Part shown: positions 19,214 through 28,746 of the stretch, piece by piece
How positions within the stretch are numbered: the stretch's first letter is position 1
How the letters are laid out: the number at the start of each line of letters is the position of its first letter
From: Clostridiales bacterium
GTDB lineage: Bacteria; Bacillota; Clostridia; HGM11327
Length of the DNA: 46,098 nucleotides
Assembly (NCBI GenBank): GCA_015056385.1
Contig: SVGI01000004.1
Span: forward strand, 1 to 46,098
Reading direction: 5' to 3'
Notes under the pieces: generated by a model
Told to the model about the DNA's origin: nothing
Database searches by the model: none
What the model saw: the letters and a program-made list of their open reading frames with translations, nothing else
Position numbers and translations under genes: made by a program

Positions 19214-19903
19214 TTATTCTGCCTTGTTGTGCTTACCGTTTACAAATTTGTACCCTACACCCCAAACAGTTTTGATATAATCGGAATTTTTATCAAGCTT
19301 ATTTCGCAAACCGTTTATGTTTACGGCAACAGTACCTATATCTCCGTACTCACCGCCCCATACACCCTTGAAAATCTGTTCTCTTGTTAAAACAGTACCG
19401 CTGTTTTCACTCATAAATGAAAGAAGCTGGAATTCTCTTGTGGATAAAAGTATTTTTTCCCCGCAGAGGAATACCTCCATAGTATCCTTGTTTATAACAA
19501 TATCACCTACTGAAAGAATATCGTCGTTGTTGGAGCGCTCCTCACGCCTTAGGTGCGCCTTTATACGTGCGGTAAGCTCTTCAACAACAAAGGGCTTTGT
19601 TATGTAGTCGTCCCCGCCGGCGTTAAGCCCCTCAATAGTATCGGGAGTACTGCTTTTTGCGGTGAGAAACAAAATAGGACATTTCGTTTTTTTACGTAAA
19701 ATACTGCAAAGCTCTATTCCGCTCATATCAGGGAGCATAATATCGAGAACTATAAGGGATATAACGCTGTCTGCCTCCTCAAATGCACGTACAGCGTCTG
19801 CCGCATTATGGGCGGTTATACAGCTTATACCCTCCTCCTCAAGAGCGTCGGCTATAAGCCCTGCAATATCTATATCATCGTCAACTATAAGAACCTTTTG
19901 CAT
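19214..19903 (-). CDS. OmpR/PhoB-family response regulator
   Basis: VDDD, LDIMLP, FLTAK, DDYITKPF, winged helix with TVWGVGY. Confidence 0.95.
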   Translation of the reverse strand: MQKVLIVDDDIDIAGLIADALEEEGISCITAHNAADAVRAFEEADSVISLIVLDIMLPDMSGIELCSILRKKTKCPILFLTAKSSTPDTIEGLNAGGDDYITKPFVVEELTARIKAHLRREERSNNDDILSVGDIVINKDTMEVFLCGEKILLSTREFQLLSFMSENSGTVLTREQIFKGVWGGEYGDIGTVAVNINGLRNKLDKNSDYIKTVWGVGYKFVNGKHNKAE

Positions 19904-19904
19904 A

Positions 19905-20453
19905 TCAATTCTCCTTTTTAAGTAAGTAGCAGCTTGTATAGGTAATGGTAAGCGGGCCGTAATAATATGGAATATCGGAAAGCTCGCACACCTTGCTTAC
20001 CCATAAGCCGTATGCCTCCATGGATATAATAGCCTTGTCAGGAAATCTGCAGGGCTCCGGGTAAGCGCATTTTTCGCATACGGTGCAGGTGCCTGCGCCT
20101 AAAGGAAGCACGTTACCGTAGGATTCCTTAAGAAAGTCTGCCAGAGCCTGAAAGCTTTCCTTATGCTTTTTTGCTGTATCGGCAATGCTTTCAAAATCAA
20201 AATCATCCTCTTTTGTACCTGTTGTCTGCACTATTATACCGAAATCGTATTCCTTAAGCTTTGCTGCGCCCTCCTCAAGAGTACCGCACGCAGGCGGACA
20301 GCACCAATTCCTGCCGTAGCTTTGACATCTGTCTGCGCTGCACATTTCCCTAACCTCAGGCATTAAAACAAGAGCCTCAAGATTTAGGGGACCGGCGCTG
20401 CTAAAACCGAATTTTATGGCATTTTCAATATGCTTATCAACGTGGTATTTCAT
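19905..20453 (-). CDS. DUF2284 cysteine-rich predicted metal-binding protein
   Basis: C....C..YG.NW.CPP, G.C..C..C....CR.P....SMEA.G pattern. Confidence 0.85.
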   Translation of the reverse strand: MKYHVDKHIENAIKFGFSSAGPLNLEALVLMPEVREMCSADRCQSYGRNWCCPPACGTLEEGAAKLKEYDFGIIVQTTGTKEDDFDFESIADTAKKHKESFQALADFLKESYGNVLPLGAGTCTVCEKCAYPEPCRFPDKAIISMEAYGLWVSKVCELSDIPYYYGPLTITYTSCYLLKKEN

Positions 20454-20489
20454 AATACTTCTCCAATAACGGTATCAAGGATATAGTCA

Positions 20490-20518
20490 ATTATATCACG
20501 CAATCAAGGGGTGTGCAA
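20490..20518 (-). promoter_or_regulatory. sigmaA-like promoter for the DUF2284-RR-HK operon
   Basis: Minus strand TTGCAC-17 bp-TATAAT with a TG extension. Confidence 0.65.
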
Positions 20519-20544
20519 TATTTCATAGTATTAAGAAATATTTA

Positions 20545-20573
20545 TTTACAAACAGAAACTTATTTAATATAAT
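20545..20573 (+). promoter_or_regulatory. sigmaA-like promoter for melA
   Basis: TTTACA-17 bp-TATAAT. Confidence 0.65.
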
Positions 20574-20601
20574 AAATGCAAACCACTATGGAGGATTTAA
20601 A

Positions 20602-21921
20602 ATGAAGCTGACTTTTATGGGTGCGGGAAGCACAGTATTTGCAAGAAACGTTATAGGCGATTGCTTATGCTCAGAGGCGCTGAGGGACAGTGTTTTTGCA
20701 CTTTACGATATTGATGCAAAAAGGCTTGAGGAAAGTAAGGTTATACTCGAAGCTATAAGAAAAGCAAAGGGCGGTTTTGGTAAAATAGAATGCTACTGCG
20801 GTGTTGAAAACAGAAAAGACGCTTTGAGAGGTGCTGATTTTGTTGTTAATGCCATTCAGGTAGGTCTTTACGACCCATGTACAATTATAGACTTTGAAGT
20901 CCCCAAAAAGTACGGCTTAAGGCAGACTATTGCAGATACGTTGGGTATAGGCGGTATAATGCGCGCCTTGCGTACAATCCCCGTATTGCGTGATTTTGCA
21001 AGGGATATGGAGGAGGTTTGCCCCAACGCTCTTTTCCTTAACTACACAAACCCCATGGCGATGCTTACGGGCTTTATGCTCAGATACACAGGTGTTAAAA
21101 CGGTTGGCCTTTGCCACAGCGTTCAGGTATGCTCTGCAGGTCTTTTGGATCTTCTTGGCATGCAGGATAAGATTGAGGGAAGAAAGGAGCTTATTGCAGG
21201 TATCAACCATATGGGCTGGCTTCTTGAAATCAAGGATAAAAACGGTGTGGACCTTTACCCCGAAATCAAGGCTCGTGTTGAAGAGTACGTAAAGCAGGAT
21301 GTTTATTACGACAGAGTAAGGCTTGATTATATCCGTAATTTCGGTTATTATTGCACAGAATCAAGCGAGCATAACGCCGAATACAATATGTTCTATATAA
21401 AGAGTAAATATCCCGAGCTTATTGAAAAATTCAATATTCCTCTTGATGAATATATCCGCAGGTGTAAGCTTCAGATAAGCTTATGGAAGGATGAATACGA
21501 AACCATGCTTGAAAAGGGCGTAAAGGAGCATACACGCTCCAATGAATACGCCTCATGGATAATGGAGGCTATTGTTACAGGTAAGCCCATACAGATAGGC
21601 GGAAACGTTCTTAATACAGGCCACCTTATTACAAACCTTCCCGAGAATGCCTGTGTTGAGGTGCCCTGCCTTGTAAACGGCTACGGCGTACAGCCCTGCA
21701 GAGTTGGGGCTCTCCCTGTACAGTGCGCGGCTATGAATATGACAAACATCAACGTTCAGCTTCTCACAATAGAGGCGGCTGTAACGCAAAAGAAGGAGCA
21801 TATTTATCAGGCTGCAATGCTCGATCCCCATACGGGAAGCGAGCTTGATATTGATTCTATCAAGAAAATGGTTGACGAGCTTATTGAGGCTCACGGCGAT
21901 TATTTGCCTAAGTATAACTGA
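20602..21921 (+). CDS. melA: NAD+-dependent alpha-galactosidase/alpha-glucosidase, GH4
   Basis: GAGSTVF, DTLGIGG, NYTNPM, GLCHSVQ, AGINHM, TESSEH.AEY. Confidence 0.9.
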   Translation: MKLTFMGAGSTVFARNVIGDCLCSEALRDSVFALYDIDAKRLEESKVILEAIRKAKGGFGKIECYCGVENRKDALRGADFVVNAIQVGLYDPCTIIDFEVPKKYGLRQTIADTLGIGGIMRALRTIPVLRDFARDMEEVCPNALFLNYTNPMAMLTGFMLRYTGVKTVGLCHSVQVCSAGLLDLLGMQDKIEGRKELIAGINHMGWLLEIKDKNGVDLYPEIKARVEEYVKQDVYYDRVRLDYIRNFGYYCTESSEHNAEYNMFYIKSKYPELIEKFNIPLDEYIRRCKLQISLWKDEYETMLEKGVKEHTRSNEYASWIMEAIVTGKPIQIGGNVLNTGHLITNLPENACVEVPCLVNGYGVQPCRVGALPVQCAAMNMTNINVQLLTIEAAVTQKKEHIYQAAMLDPHTGSELDIDSIKKMVDELIEAHGDYLPKYN

Positions 21922-21941
21922 TACGAAATTTATAAGAGTAC

Positions 21942-21982
21942 AAAAAAGCTCCGGGATATATATCTCGGAGCTTTACTTTTTT
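21942..21982. terminator. Probable bidirectional terminator
   Basis: AAAGCTCCGGGATA-TA-TATCTCGGAGCTTT with A/T tracts between convergent genes. Confidence 0.8.
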
Positions 21983-21996
21983 ATGTAGATATTTTA

Positions 21997-22920
21997 TCAG
22001 AACGGATTACACAAAAGCACAACGGATATTATTCCAAGGATAACACCTATCCACTGCTTTAAGGAAAGCCTTTCCTTGAAAAGCACGATTACTGCAAGAA
22101 GGCTTAAAACAAGTCCGCCGCCGTTTACAATGGGGAAGAATACTGCGCTGGGCATAGCGCCTGAAAGGAAAAGGTTAAGCTTGTTGTTTGCCGCAACGCA
22201 TATACCGCTTATTACCATTATAAGTATGGGAAGAAATGCAATAACGGATTTCTTATTGATAACAGCAGTGCCTTCCTTCTGTTCGTTTTGATGCACCGTA
22301 GTTTTTTTCCTGCGTATAGACTGAACTATAAAGAAAACCGTTGACGTAAGGAATGAGAAAAGGAATGCGATTACAAGAAATGCATCAAGCTCACCTTTGT
22401 ATGCGCTGTTCTGATGCCATTTCTGCATAACGCCTATAAAGCCCGTGCAAATAAATGCTGCGGCGCAATACCCCAGCCACTTAAGAGACGCCTTTTTCTG
22501 GTTGCTCTTGAAATCAACTGAGAGAATTATACATGCAACCATAAGCACAATACCTATTATCTGTACAAATGAAATGGTTTCGTTCCAGATTATTACGCCG
22601 GAAAGCGTGGGAATAAGAGTGGAAAGAGAAATAATTACAGACGTGTAGGAGAATGGCCCTACCTCAAGTGCCTGCATATTTGTTATCTGCTGGATAAGCG
22701 TTACAAGCCCGAAAAGCAGAGCAAGAAGAATTGTAAACGTAGATGCAGACATATTCGTAGAAACCACGAAGAGGCATACAGCGGCAACTATGGAAACAAT
22801 TGCGTTATAAAGCTGATATGCTCTGGTGGAGTTTTCAAATCTGTCTGTAAGAAGCTTTTTAAGCATTCCGCCTACAAGCGCGGCGGACATAGAAATTACC
22901 AGAAGAATAGGGTTGCTCAT
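21997..22920 (-). CDS. EamA/DMT-family transporter
   Basis: About 10 TMs with duplicated EamA halves (GP.S...WNE.I; FP.VNGG...FKERLS..QWIG). Start moved to ATG 22920, which follows AAGGA. Confidence 0.85.
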   Translation of the reverse strand: MSNPILLVISMSAALVGGMLKKLLTDRFENSTRAYQLYNAIVSIVAAVCLFVVSTNMSASTFTILLALLFGLVTLIQQITNMQALEVGPFSYTSVIISLSTLIPTLSGVIIWNETISFVQIIGIVLMVACIILSVDFKSNQKKASLKWLGYCAAAFICTGFIGVMQKWHQNSAYKGELDAFLVIAFLFSFLTSTVFFIVQSIRRKKTTVHQNEQKEGTAVINKKSVIAFLPILIMVISGICVAANNKLNLFLSGAMPSAVFFPIVNGGGLVLSLLAVIVLFKERLSLKQWIGVILGIISVVLLCNPF

Positions 22921-23011
22921 GATTTTAATTTCCTTTGCGGTTCGAGTTAGTAAATGGTTTATTATTATATCAAAAGACAATAATTTTTTCAATAAAATAT
23001 CAAAGGGGGTA

Positions 23012-23923
23012 TTACTGTATCCTATGCTCCCTTGCCCTGCGCTGGGGAAGCTGTACTAAAATAATAGCTGCAAACATAATCACACAGCCTATTATTTCGT
23101 TTAACACCATTGTTTCGTTAAGAATAATAACACCGGCTATAACTGCGAAAACAGATTCCAGGCTCATAAGGAGAGAGGCAATAGTGGGCTCTGTATGCTT
23201 CTGAGCAATTATCTGAAGCGTATAGCCCACACCACCCGAAAGAATACCGCAGTAGAGAATAGGCACAATAGCCGATACTATTTTATCCAGGCTGGGGGAT
23301 TCCGTAATAAACGCAAGTATAAACGATATTACCGCAGATGTTGCAAACTGTATTGCCGAAACCGTTACAGGGTCCCCCTTTGTGGCAAAGTGGTCACAGC
23401 AGAGAATGTGTCCGCTGAACATAAGGGCGCATATAAGTATGTAGATATCCCCGTTGGTTACTGTAAAGCCCTCCTTTACACAAAGAAGATACATTCCCAC
23501 TATTCCCAAGGCTACGGCAAGCCATACCCTTAAGGATATCTTTTTTCTGAAAATGAAAAAGCTTACTAACGGAACGAAAAGCATATACATAGCAGTTATA
23601 AAGCCTGCCTTACCTGCTGACGTGTAAACAAGGCCTATTTGCTGAAGCAGGCTTCCTGCAGTGAGAAACACGCCGCAGCATATACCGCCTATAATATTCG
23701 TTTTGCGTCTTTTTGAAGCGTCCTCAATATGTATTGGTTTGTTTTTTTTCTTCACAACAAGAGCAACAATTCCTACCATTATTGCAGAAAGCGTCATTCT
23801 CGAGGCAGCAAAGGTTATGGGCTCTATTTTATCCATACCCATACGCTGCCCTACGAAAGCCGTACCCCATATAAGGGCGGTTAATATAAGAAGTAGGTTT
23901 CCCATTATTCTTTTGTTTTTCAC
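23012..23923 (-). CDS. EamA/DMT-family transporter
   Basis: IWGTAF, LQQIGL.YTSAGKAGFIT, YTLQ..AQK, SLESVF. Confidence 0.92.
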   Translation of the reverse strand: MKNKRIMGNLLLILTALIWGTAFVGQRMGMDKIEPITFAASRMTLSAIMVGIVALVVKKKNKPIHIEDASKRRKTNIIGGICCGVFLTAGSLLQQIGLVYTSAGKAGFITAMYMLFVPLVSFFIFRKKISLRVWLAVALGIVGMYLLCVKEGFTVTNGDIYILICALMFSGHILCCDHFATKGDPVTVSAIQFATSAVISFILAFITESPSLDKIVSAIVPILYCGILSGGVGYTLQIIAQKHTEPTIASLLMSLESVFAVIAGVIILNETMVLNEIIGCVIMFAAIILVQLPQRRAREHRIQ

Positions 23924-24064
23924 TAAACGAAAGCTTCCTTTCCTGCTTTGTGTATATTACGCAAAGCCACATTATATCACAAAATATTATGGAATACTAC
24001 GGGGATAAGCGTTATATAAGTCCGAAATGTTTTGCGGTAACTGTGGAGCATATGTAAAAACATA

Positions 24065-25504
24065 TCAGAATCTTATAGCCAGAATACCTGCCTTAGGTAT
24101 TGTTATGGGCTTTGTAATATCAATGCTTACGCTTGAAGGTGCTATGTTATCGGGGCTTTCAAATGTGTTGTATGCGCGTATATCCTCGTTATAAAGCAAT
24201 ATACCCTCTGCACCTTGAGGTATATCTGCCCCAACTCCCTCAAGAGATATTTTAACGTCCTCACTGCAGGATACATTACATATTGTGATTAAGGTTTTAC
24301 CATCCTTTACAGATGCAGAAGCGCTTATAGAATTCTCAAAGCTATGGTTATCTGTAATAATAAGCTCAATAGCCTCACCGCCCTGATGCTCCTTATACAT
24401 GTTGAAAACGTGGTATGTGGGAGTTGTAATACAATTTTCTCCCTCTGCCAGAAACAGAGAATGTATATTGTTTACAAGCTGAGCAATGTTTGCCATTTTG
24501 ATTTTTTCGCAGTTGTTGTTAAAGACGTTAAGGGTAAGTGCGGCAGTCATAGCATCTCGCATAGTGCTTTGCTGCTCGTAAAGCTTTGCCCCCTTGCTTG
24601 GTCCGGAGCCTGCAGGGTGCCAACAACCCCATTCATCTATAACAAGCTTAAGCTTATCCTCTTGATTATTCGCGCATATAATATTCCAGTTTTTATTGAT
24701 TATTTCGTCCATTATCACGGTTTGAGAAAGCACGTCATACCATTCCTTTTGAGTAAAATTTATAACGTTACCCAAATGCCCGTAATAGCAGTGCATGGAA
24801 TATCCGTCTGCGTGTACAGAACCTAAATTTTGCGCCAAAGTATTGGTCCAATGGTAATCTGCGCCGTTTTCTCCGCACATAAAAAGGCTTACGTTAGGTG
24901 CTGTATTTTTCATCACTGTTGAATATTTGCGGTATTCGTTTGTATAGTATTCAGGGGTCATATTTCCCCCGCCACCCCAGTTTTCGTTGCCTACACCCCA
25001 ATAAGGTATGTTAAAGGGCTGTGGATGTCCGTTTTTCTCGCGTTCCATAGCAAGGGTCGTTGTGCCTTGTGGTGAAAGGCAGTAATCCATCCAGTTGCGT
25101 ATGTCCATAGGTGTTGTACTTGTAAGGTTTGCGGCAAAATATGCCTTAGCACCAACGGCCTCACAAAAATCCATAAATTCATGAGTACCAACCTCGTTTG
25201 TTTCGTATTTACCGTCCTCATTTTTCCACCAGTTGGGGCGTATGGGTCTGTTATTACCTATACCGTCGCGCCAATCATAGGTTTCGGCAAAGCACCCGCC
25301 GGGCCAACGTATAACAGGTGCCTTTATCTCGCGAAGCTTTTCAACAATATACTTTCTGAAGCCCTTTATGTTGGGGATATGAGAGCCCTTACCCACCCAG
25401 ATACCGCCGTATATGACACCCCCTATATGCTCTGTAAAATGTCCGTATATTTCGGGGGCTATTGTTGCTATTTTCTTGGGATAGAGAATATATATTTTTT
25501 TCAC
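24065..25504 (-). CDS. abfA: Alpha-L-arabinofuranosidase, GH51
   Basis: YGHFTEH, RWPGGCF, WGVGNENWG (acid/base Glu), DEWG.W (nucleophile), MANIAQLVN. Confidence 0.92.
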   Translation of the reverse strand: MKKIYILYPKKIATIAPEIYGHFTEHIGGVIYGGIWVGKGSHIPNIKGFRKYIVEKLREIKAPVIRWPGGCFAETYDWRDGIGNNRPIRPNWWKNEDGKYETNEVGTHEFMDFCEAVGAKAYFAANLTSTTPMDIRNWMDYCLSPQGTTTLAMEREKNGHPQPFNIPYWGVGNENWGGGGNMTPEYYTNEYRKYSTVMKNTAPNVSLFMCGENGADYHWTNTLAQNLGSVHADGYSMHCYYGHLGNVINFTQKEWYDVLSQTVIMDEIINKNWNIICANNQEDKLKLVIDEWGCWHPAGSGPSKGAKLYEQQSTMRDAMTAALTLNVFNNNCEKIKMANIAQLVNNIHSLFLAEGENCITTPTYHVFNMYKEHQGGEAIELIITDNHSFENSISASASVKDGKTLITICNVSCSEDVKISLEGVGADIPQGAEGILLYNEDIRAYNTFESPDNIAPSSVSIDITKPITIPKAGILAIRF

Positions 25505-25597
25505 GGTAATTTCCTTTCGGGGAGAATTATTCCTGCAGATATGCGCGGTGTATGAATTTATTATGGATATTATACCATATATAGCGAAAAGCTTAAA

Positions 25598-25631
25598 TAA
25601 AAAGAAAGCCCCTCACGCTGTGTGTGGGGCT
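25598..25631 (-). terminator. Intrinsic terminator of the surface-protein gene
   Basis: AGCCCC.CAC...GTG.GGGGCT hairpin with an A-tract on the left. Confidence 0.65.
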
Positions 25632-25647
25632 GAATTATGCGCTGATT

Positions 25648-28533
25648 TTATCTTACGCACTTTTTCTTACTTGTGAATAATATAACAGCTATTGCAATTA
25701 TGCTTAAAGCCACGCCTATAATCCAAAGAAGAGGGTAAGCATTATCTCCCGTGATAGGTACTTTAACAGGAACAGGCTTCCACTTTGCATAAATTGTAAT
25801 ATCTCCTGCAGGCATTGTGGTGAATGTGTAAGCCTGGGTAAGCTCTTCGTCTGCATACCAGCCGTCGAAGATATAATCCTCAAGCGCGGGGTCTGCAGGC
25901 TGTGTTACTGCTGTGCCGAAATCCTGCGTGATGGGAGCAACGTTGCTTCCGCCGTTAGCGTTGAAGGTAATTGTGTAGCTGTTAACCTCCCAAAGTGCAT
26001 TAACAGTAAGTCCGTCAATGGGCATAGTTGTAGGAATCTCCTTATCCCAGCCCTTGAATGTATATCCATCCCTTGTGGGGTCAGTGGGTGCTGTTATGCT
26101 TGAGCCGAATGCCTGTGTAATGGGTGCGATAGCCGAGCCGCCGTCTGTATCGAAGGTGATAGTGTAATCGTTGGCCTCCCAAAGCGCCTTAACAGTAAGT
26201 CCGTCAATGGGCATAGTTGAGGGAATCTCCTTATCCCAGCCCTTGAATGTGTAGCCTTCTTTTGTGGGGTCAGCGGGTGCTGTTATGCTTGAGCCGAATG
26301 CCTGTGTAATGGGTGTGATAGCTGAGCCGCCGTCTGTATCGAAGGTGATAGTGTAGTCGTTAACCTCCCAAAGCGCCTTAACAGTAAGTCCGTCAATGGG
26401 CATAGTTGTAGGAATCTCCTTATCCCAGCCCTTGAATGTGTAGCCATCCTTTGTGGGATTGCTGGGTGCTGTTATGCTTGAGCCGAATGCCTGTGTAATA
26501 GGTGCGATAGCCGAGCCGCCGTCTGTATCGAATGTGATAGTGTAATCGTTGGCCTCCCAAAGCGCCTTAACAGTAAGTCCGTCAATGGGCATAGTTGTAG
26601 GAATTTCTTTATCCCAGCCCTTGAAGGTGTAGCCATCCTTTGTGGGGTCAGCGGGTGCTGTTACGCTTGAGCCGAATGCCTGTGTAATGGGTGCGATAGC
26701 CGAGCCGCCGTCTGTATCAAAGGTGATAGTGTAATCGTTAATCTCCCAAAGAGCCTTAACTGTAATTACGCTTCCGGGTATTATTGTGGGGATCTCCTTA
26801 TTCCAGCCTATAAACGTGTAGCCGTCCTTTGTGGGATTGGCGGGAACAGTTACAGCAGTGCCGAGAGTGCCTTCAACAGATGGGATAGCTGTGCCGCCGT
26901 CTGTATCAAATACTATAACGCTTGAAGCAGTGAAATTAGCCGAAGCAGCTCCGTTTCCTAAGAGAATCTTTTTGAGAACGTCCTCCCTTGTAGCGGTACT
27001 GTCAATAAGTAATTCTCTTGCAAGGTATTCATCAATATCCTCTATGCCTGAAACAGTACAATTCACAATGACAATGCCCTTCGTTGAGTTCGTTACGCAT
27101 TCTCCTATAAAATTTGAGCCTATAGGATCTGCATCACCGAGCTTTGTTGTGCCGAGAACCTCACAGCCTATGAATGATTGAACAGCAGGCTTGTTTGTAC
27201 CGCTAAGGGCATTATTTGTATTAACGTATGCCGCAAAGCCGCCAACGGTAGCTCCTGCAGAAGCTGTGATTTTAACGTCTGTTGATGTGTTGAGGAAGGT
27301 ACGGTTCTGGGCAGGATTAAATCCTCCTCTTCCGCCATATCCGTAATAAGTGGCTTCTGCTACAAATCCTCCGTATGTTCCGCCCAAGCCGTTGATTTCG
27401 CCCTGAACAGAGCATGAGTCGAAGCCTTTTATTGAATGGTGAACACCGTCTGTATCATCATACTCGTATTCTGTCATGGTTGCGTTAAGGGCTACGAATC
27501 CGCCAACTGAGGGAGAACCTGACGTAACGTTTATCTTAAGGTCTGTAAGGGAACAGTTTTTTGTAAACATGGAGTCGCCGTTATAATCCAGATTATAAGC
27601 CGTGAATCCTCCCACGTAGCTGTTTGTGCCGGATACGTTCATTGTAATATTGTATCCGTGTACGTTTTCAAAATAGCATACAAATACGGGGTTGTTTGTT
27701 AAATTTTCGGGTGTGGAGTCGCTCATCAATGTACCGGGGAGACAGTAATTCTGAATTGTTTTTGTAGGATCAGAATCGTTCTTTGCAGTGAAAAAGCTTG
27801 CTCTGGCATAGCCTGATACGGGATAAGTATAAGACTGAATCTGGCTGAACATACCGCCAATTTCGCCGCCTACTGCAGTTATTGTTACGTTACGGGCAAT
27901 AATATTTTTGAACTGCGATGTGTTTGCGCCGCCTGCAATAGCGCTTCCGCGACCGTTTATGATAACGTCTTCAACGGTAATGTTTTCAAGCACGTTATCG
28001 TGGAATGTATTACCTACAACAACACCTGTACCTGCTTTGGGATTTTCGATTTTAGCTTTTTTAATTGTGAAATCGTGTATATAAGAACCCTTACGTACAG
28101 AGTCAGCTCCGCCGTGCCCCACACGTCCGAACAAACCTGCTAATTTGCCTCCTGTAAGGTTGTTACCGTTTATATAAAGATTGGAAATTGTATGTCCGTT
28201 TCCATTAAATTCACCTATAAAATTAGCTTCATGGCTGTTGGTCTGTCCTCCGATAGGTGTCCAATGCCTGTTATCAAGGTCGATATCAGCGCATAGCTTT
28301 ATGGTCTTGTTCCAGAAACTTGTGTTAGCCTTTACAAGCTGTGCAAGGCCTGCAAGCTCCTCTGCAGTATGGATTTCGAATATCGTACCCTGTGGGGCAT
28401 CGGATATATACCAGCTTGTGTCTGCAGTGCCGTCCCACACGTCTGCTGTGCCTGCAGATGCAGGTGTTGCCACGTAGGGGAGAAGTGCAATGACTGCAGC
28501 AAGGGCAAGGACTATGGATAAAAGCTTTTTTAT
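25648..28533 (-). CDS. Sortase-anchored surface protein: GLUG-type beta-helix N-region plus six InlB-B/Flg_new-like repeats
   Basis: Frame extends 20 codons upstream of the track start to ATA at 28533, giving signal peptide (M)KKLLSIVLALAAVIALLPYVATPASA with GGAGG 8 nt upstream. DIDL...WTPIG...F.G.FNGNGHTISNL; repeats YTITFDTDGGS...PTKDGYTFKGW; C-terminal VPITGD, TM and KKK tail. Confidence 0.85.
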   Translation of the reverse strand: MKKLLSIVLALAAVIALLPYVATPASAGTADVWDGTADTSWYISDAPQGTIFEIHTAEELAGLAQLVKANTSFWNKTIKLCADIDLDNRHWTPIGGQTNSHEANFIGEFNGNGHTISNLYINGNNLTGGKLAGLFGRVGHGGADSVRKGSYIHDFTIKKAKIENPKAGTGVVVGNTFHDNVLENITVEDVIINGRGSAIAGGANTSQFKNIIARNVTITAVGGEIGGMFSQIQSYTYPVSGYARASFFTAKNDSDPTKTIQNYCLPGTLMSDSTPENLTNNPVFVCYFENVHGYNITMNVSGTNSYVGGFTAYNLDYNGDSMFTKNCSLTDLKINVTSGSPSVGGFVALNATMTEYEYDDTDGVHHSIKGFDSCSVQGEINGLGGTYGGFVAEATYYGYGGRGGFNPAQNRTFLNTSTDVKITASAGATVGGFAAYVNTNNALSGTNKPAVQSFIGCEVLGTTKLGDADPIGSNFIGECVTNSTKGIVIVNCTVSGIEDIDEYLARELLIDSTATREDVLKKILLGNGAASANFTASSVIVFDTDGGTAIPSVEGTLGTAVTVPANPTKDGYTFIGWNKEIPTIIPGSVITVKALWEINDYTITFDTDGGSAIAPITQAFGSSVTAPADPTKDGYTFKGWDKEIPTTMPIDGLTVKALWEANDYTITFDTDGGSAIAPITQAFGSSITAPSNPTKDGYTFKGWDKEIPTTMPIDGLTVKALWEVNDYTITFDTDGGSAITPITQAFGSSITAPADPTKEGYTFKGWDKEIPSTMPIDGLTVKALWEANDYTITFDTDGGSAIAPITQAFGSSITAPTDPTRDGYTFKGWDKEIPTTMPIDGLTVNALWEVNSYTITFNANGGSNVAPITQDFGTAVTQPADPALEDYIFDGWYADEELTQAYTFTTMPAGDITIYAKWKPVPVKVPITGDNAYPLLWIIGVALSIIAIAVILFTSKKKCVR
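25981..26915 (-). repeat. Intragenic tandem repeat, 189-bp (63-aa) unit
   Basis: Anchor GTCTGTATC recurs at 26143, 26332, 26521, 26710 and 26899 (exact 189-bp period). Four units are near-identical, the fifth is diverged, and a sixth, more diverged unit follows toward 25780. Confidence 0.95.
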
Positions 28534-28746
28534 GAGAAAAACCTCCGCTTTAAGAGTGGTACCGTATATTGCGGTACACGAACGCTATAATATGCGTTCT
28601 GTTATTTGGTGGGTATCATTATAACCTCTCATGAAAAAAACACAGTGTTTTACAACGGAACGTGTGTAAAAATTTTTATTTACTGTTTGAATGAATAGTT
28701 GTAAGCCTTACATCGGTGTACCCGTATGAAAATGTACACCTGCTGA

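Noticed and set aside
25981-26915. Possible CRISPR array
   Set aside because: Contiguous in-frame 189-bp coding repeats with no unique spacers and no cas genes.
28550-28740. c-di-GMP riboswitch upstream of the surface-protein gene
   Set aside because: Hairpins are present but I could not find the class I or class II consensus elements.
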